A stretch of DNA of 62,480 bases, filler included, from Hausera hauseri (lineage: Eukaryota), in NCBI GenBank assembly GCA_046269625.1. It is 10 parts of 10 records of this genome, joined end to end, with 100 filler letters (N's around TTAATTAATTAA, not from the genome) between each part and the next. Parts side by side here need not be neighbours in the genome. Positions count along the whole stretch, not along the records: positions 57,735 to 62,480 come from JBJURY010451912.1; 9 more parts are not named here. One strand, 5' to 3'. The notes beneath the pieces were generated by a model, which had not been told where the DNA came from, did not search any database, and worked only from the letters and a program-made list of their open reading frames with translations. Below are positions 62,001-62,480 of the stretch, in pieces; position 1 is the stretch's first letter, and every line of letters begins with the position of its first letter. The translations under genes and the position numbers were made by a program.

Positions 62001-62480
62001 TACCCTGTCACTCGACTTTTTTATGATAAAGCTGAGTGTGACAATTCGTATAATTCGCCATACGCTACTCTTTTCGGTATAGTTGGCGATTTTCTCATCC
62101 AACTTTCCTCCTACGTCGGCAATAAAATCTTCGGAATACGATACGGCTCGATGTGACAGATACTATTGTTTCCTGCCACCTTCAACGTTTTCAAATTCTG
62201 TAAGTGCATAATATTGCACTTTGCAATTGTTGCGTTTGAATTTCTCCACCTCTAGTTCCAACCAGCTGCGCACACTGGACGGAACATGCCTTAGCTGTAG
62301 TGTTGTTGTCCCCAATATATTTACTTTCACGTCCACGCACCATTTGTTTAGATCGTACTTGACAGTAATGGAAGGTTTCTGCTTTTGCATCTGCTCCTGC
62401 TGCTGTTCGGTACTCTTTTGGATTAAGTCGTCAAGAATTGTTGAAGCCTGACGTTTCCTGCTTGTTGAGGGGATACTGGT
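59020..62480 (-). pseudogene. polB: pPolB family 2, second copy, degenerate
   Basis: Collinear with 16670-19870: FYNFRGYD, RFLDSLKF, DVFEAF, NINDLYGRAL, KLKNNSL, AGDTD, CFKDESE, DDKR. Confidence 0.92.

Noticed and set aside
1-62480. CRISPR arrays, rRNA/tRNA genes or prokaryotic defence operons
   Set aside because: No regularly spaced repeats or RNA gene signatures were seen, and the content is eukaryotic.

Overview
This is eukaryotic (probably metazoan) repeat-rich DNA made of 10 unrelated contigs joined by 100-nt N/TTAATTAATTAA linkers. Almost every ORF is degenerate. It contains: (1) five copies of a CsRN1-type Ty3/Gypsy retrotransposon; (2) a Gypsy pol followed by an FN3-like membrane ORF; (3) a Gypsy fragment with a chuvirus/gB-like class III glycoprotein placed UPSTREAM of PR-RT; (4) a BEL/Pao gag; (5) two families of Polinton/adintovirus pPolB elements; (6) many intronless host-gene fragments. 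The best candidate for an undescribed system is the CsRN1-like family. Its Gag begins with a ubiquitin-like domain ending in R-I/V-R-G-G|M. Between a conserved TGTGGTGCCCACA terminal motif and this Ubl-gag lies a copy-specific, same-strand mosaic of host cDNA pieces (TDRD12, SETDB1, DDX6, DDB1, BLM, NAA15, PP2A-A, TTC27, SLC38A9, Piezo). Two of these termini interrupt Polinton genes directly. Ubiquitin-like domains also occur in the BEL Gag (ending KLQGG) and in the env-bearing Gypsy polyprotein. All protein identifications are by-eye motif recognition against remembered family consensus; no searches were run and boundaries are approximate.
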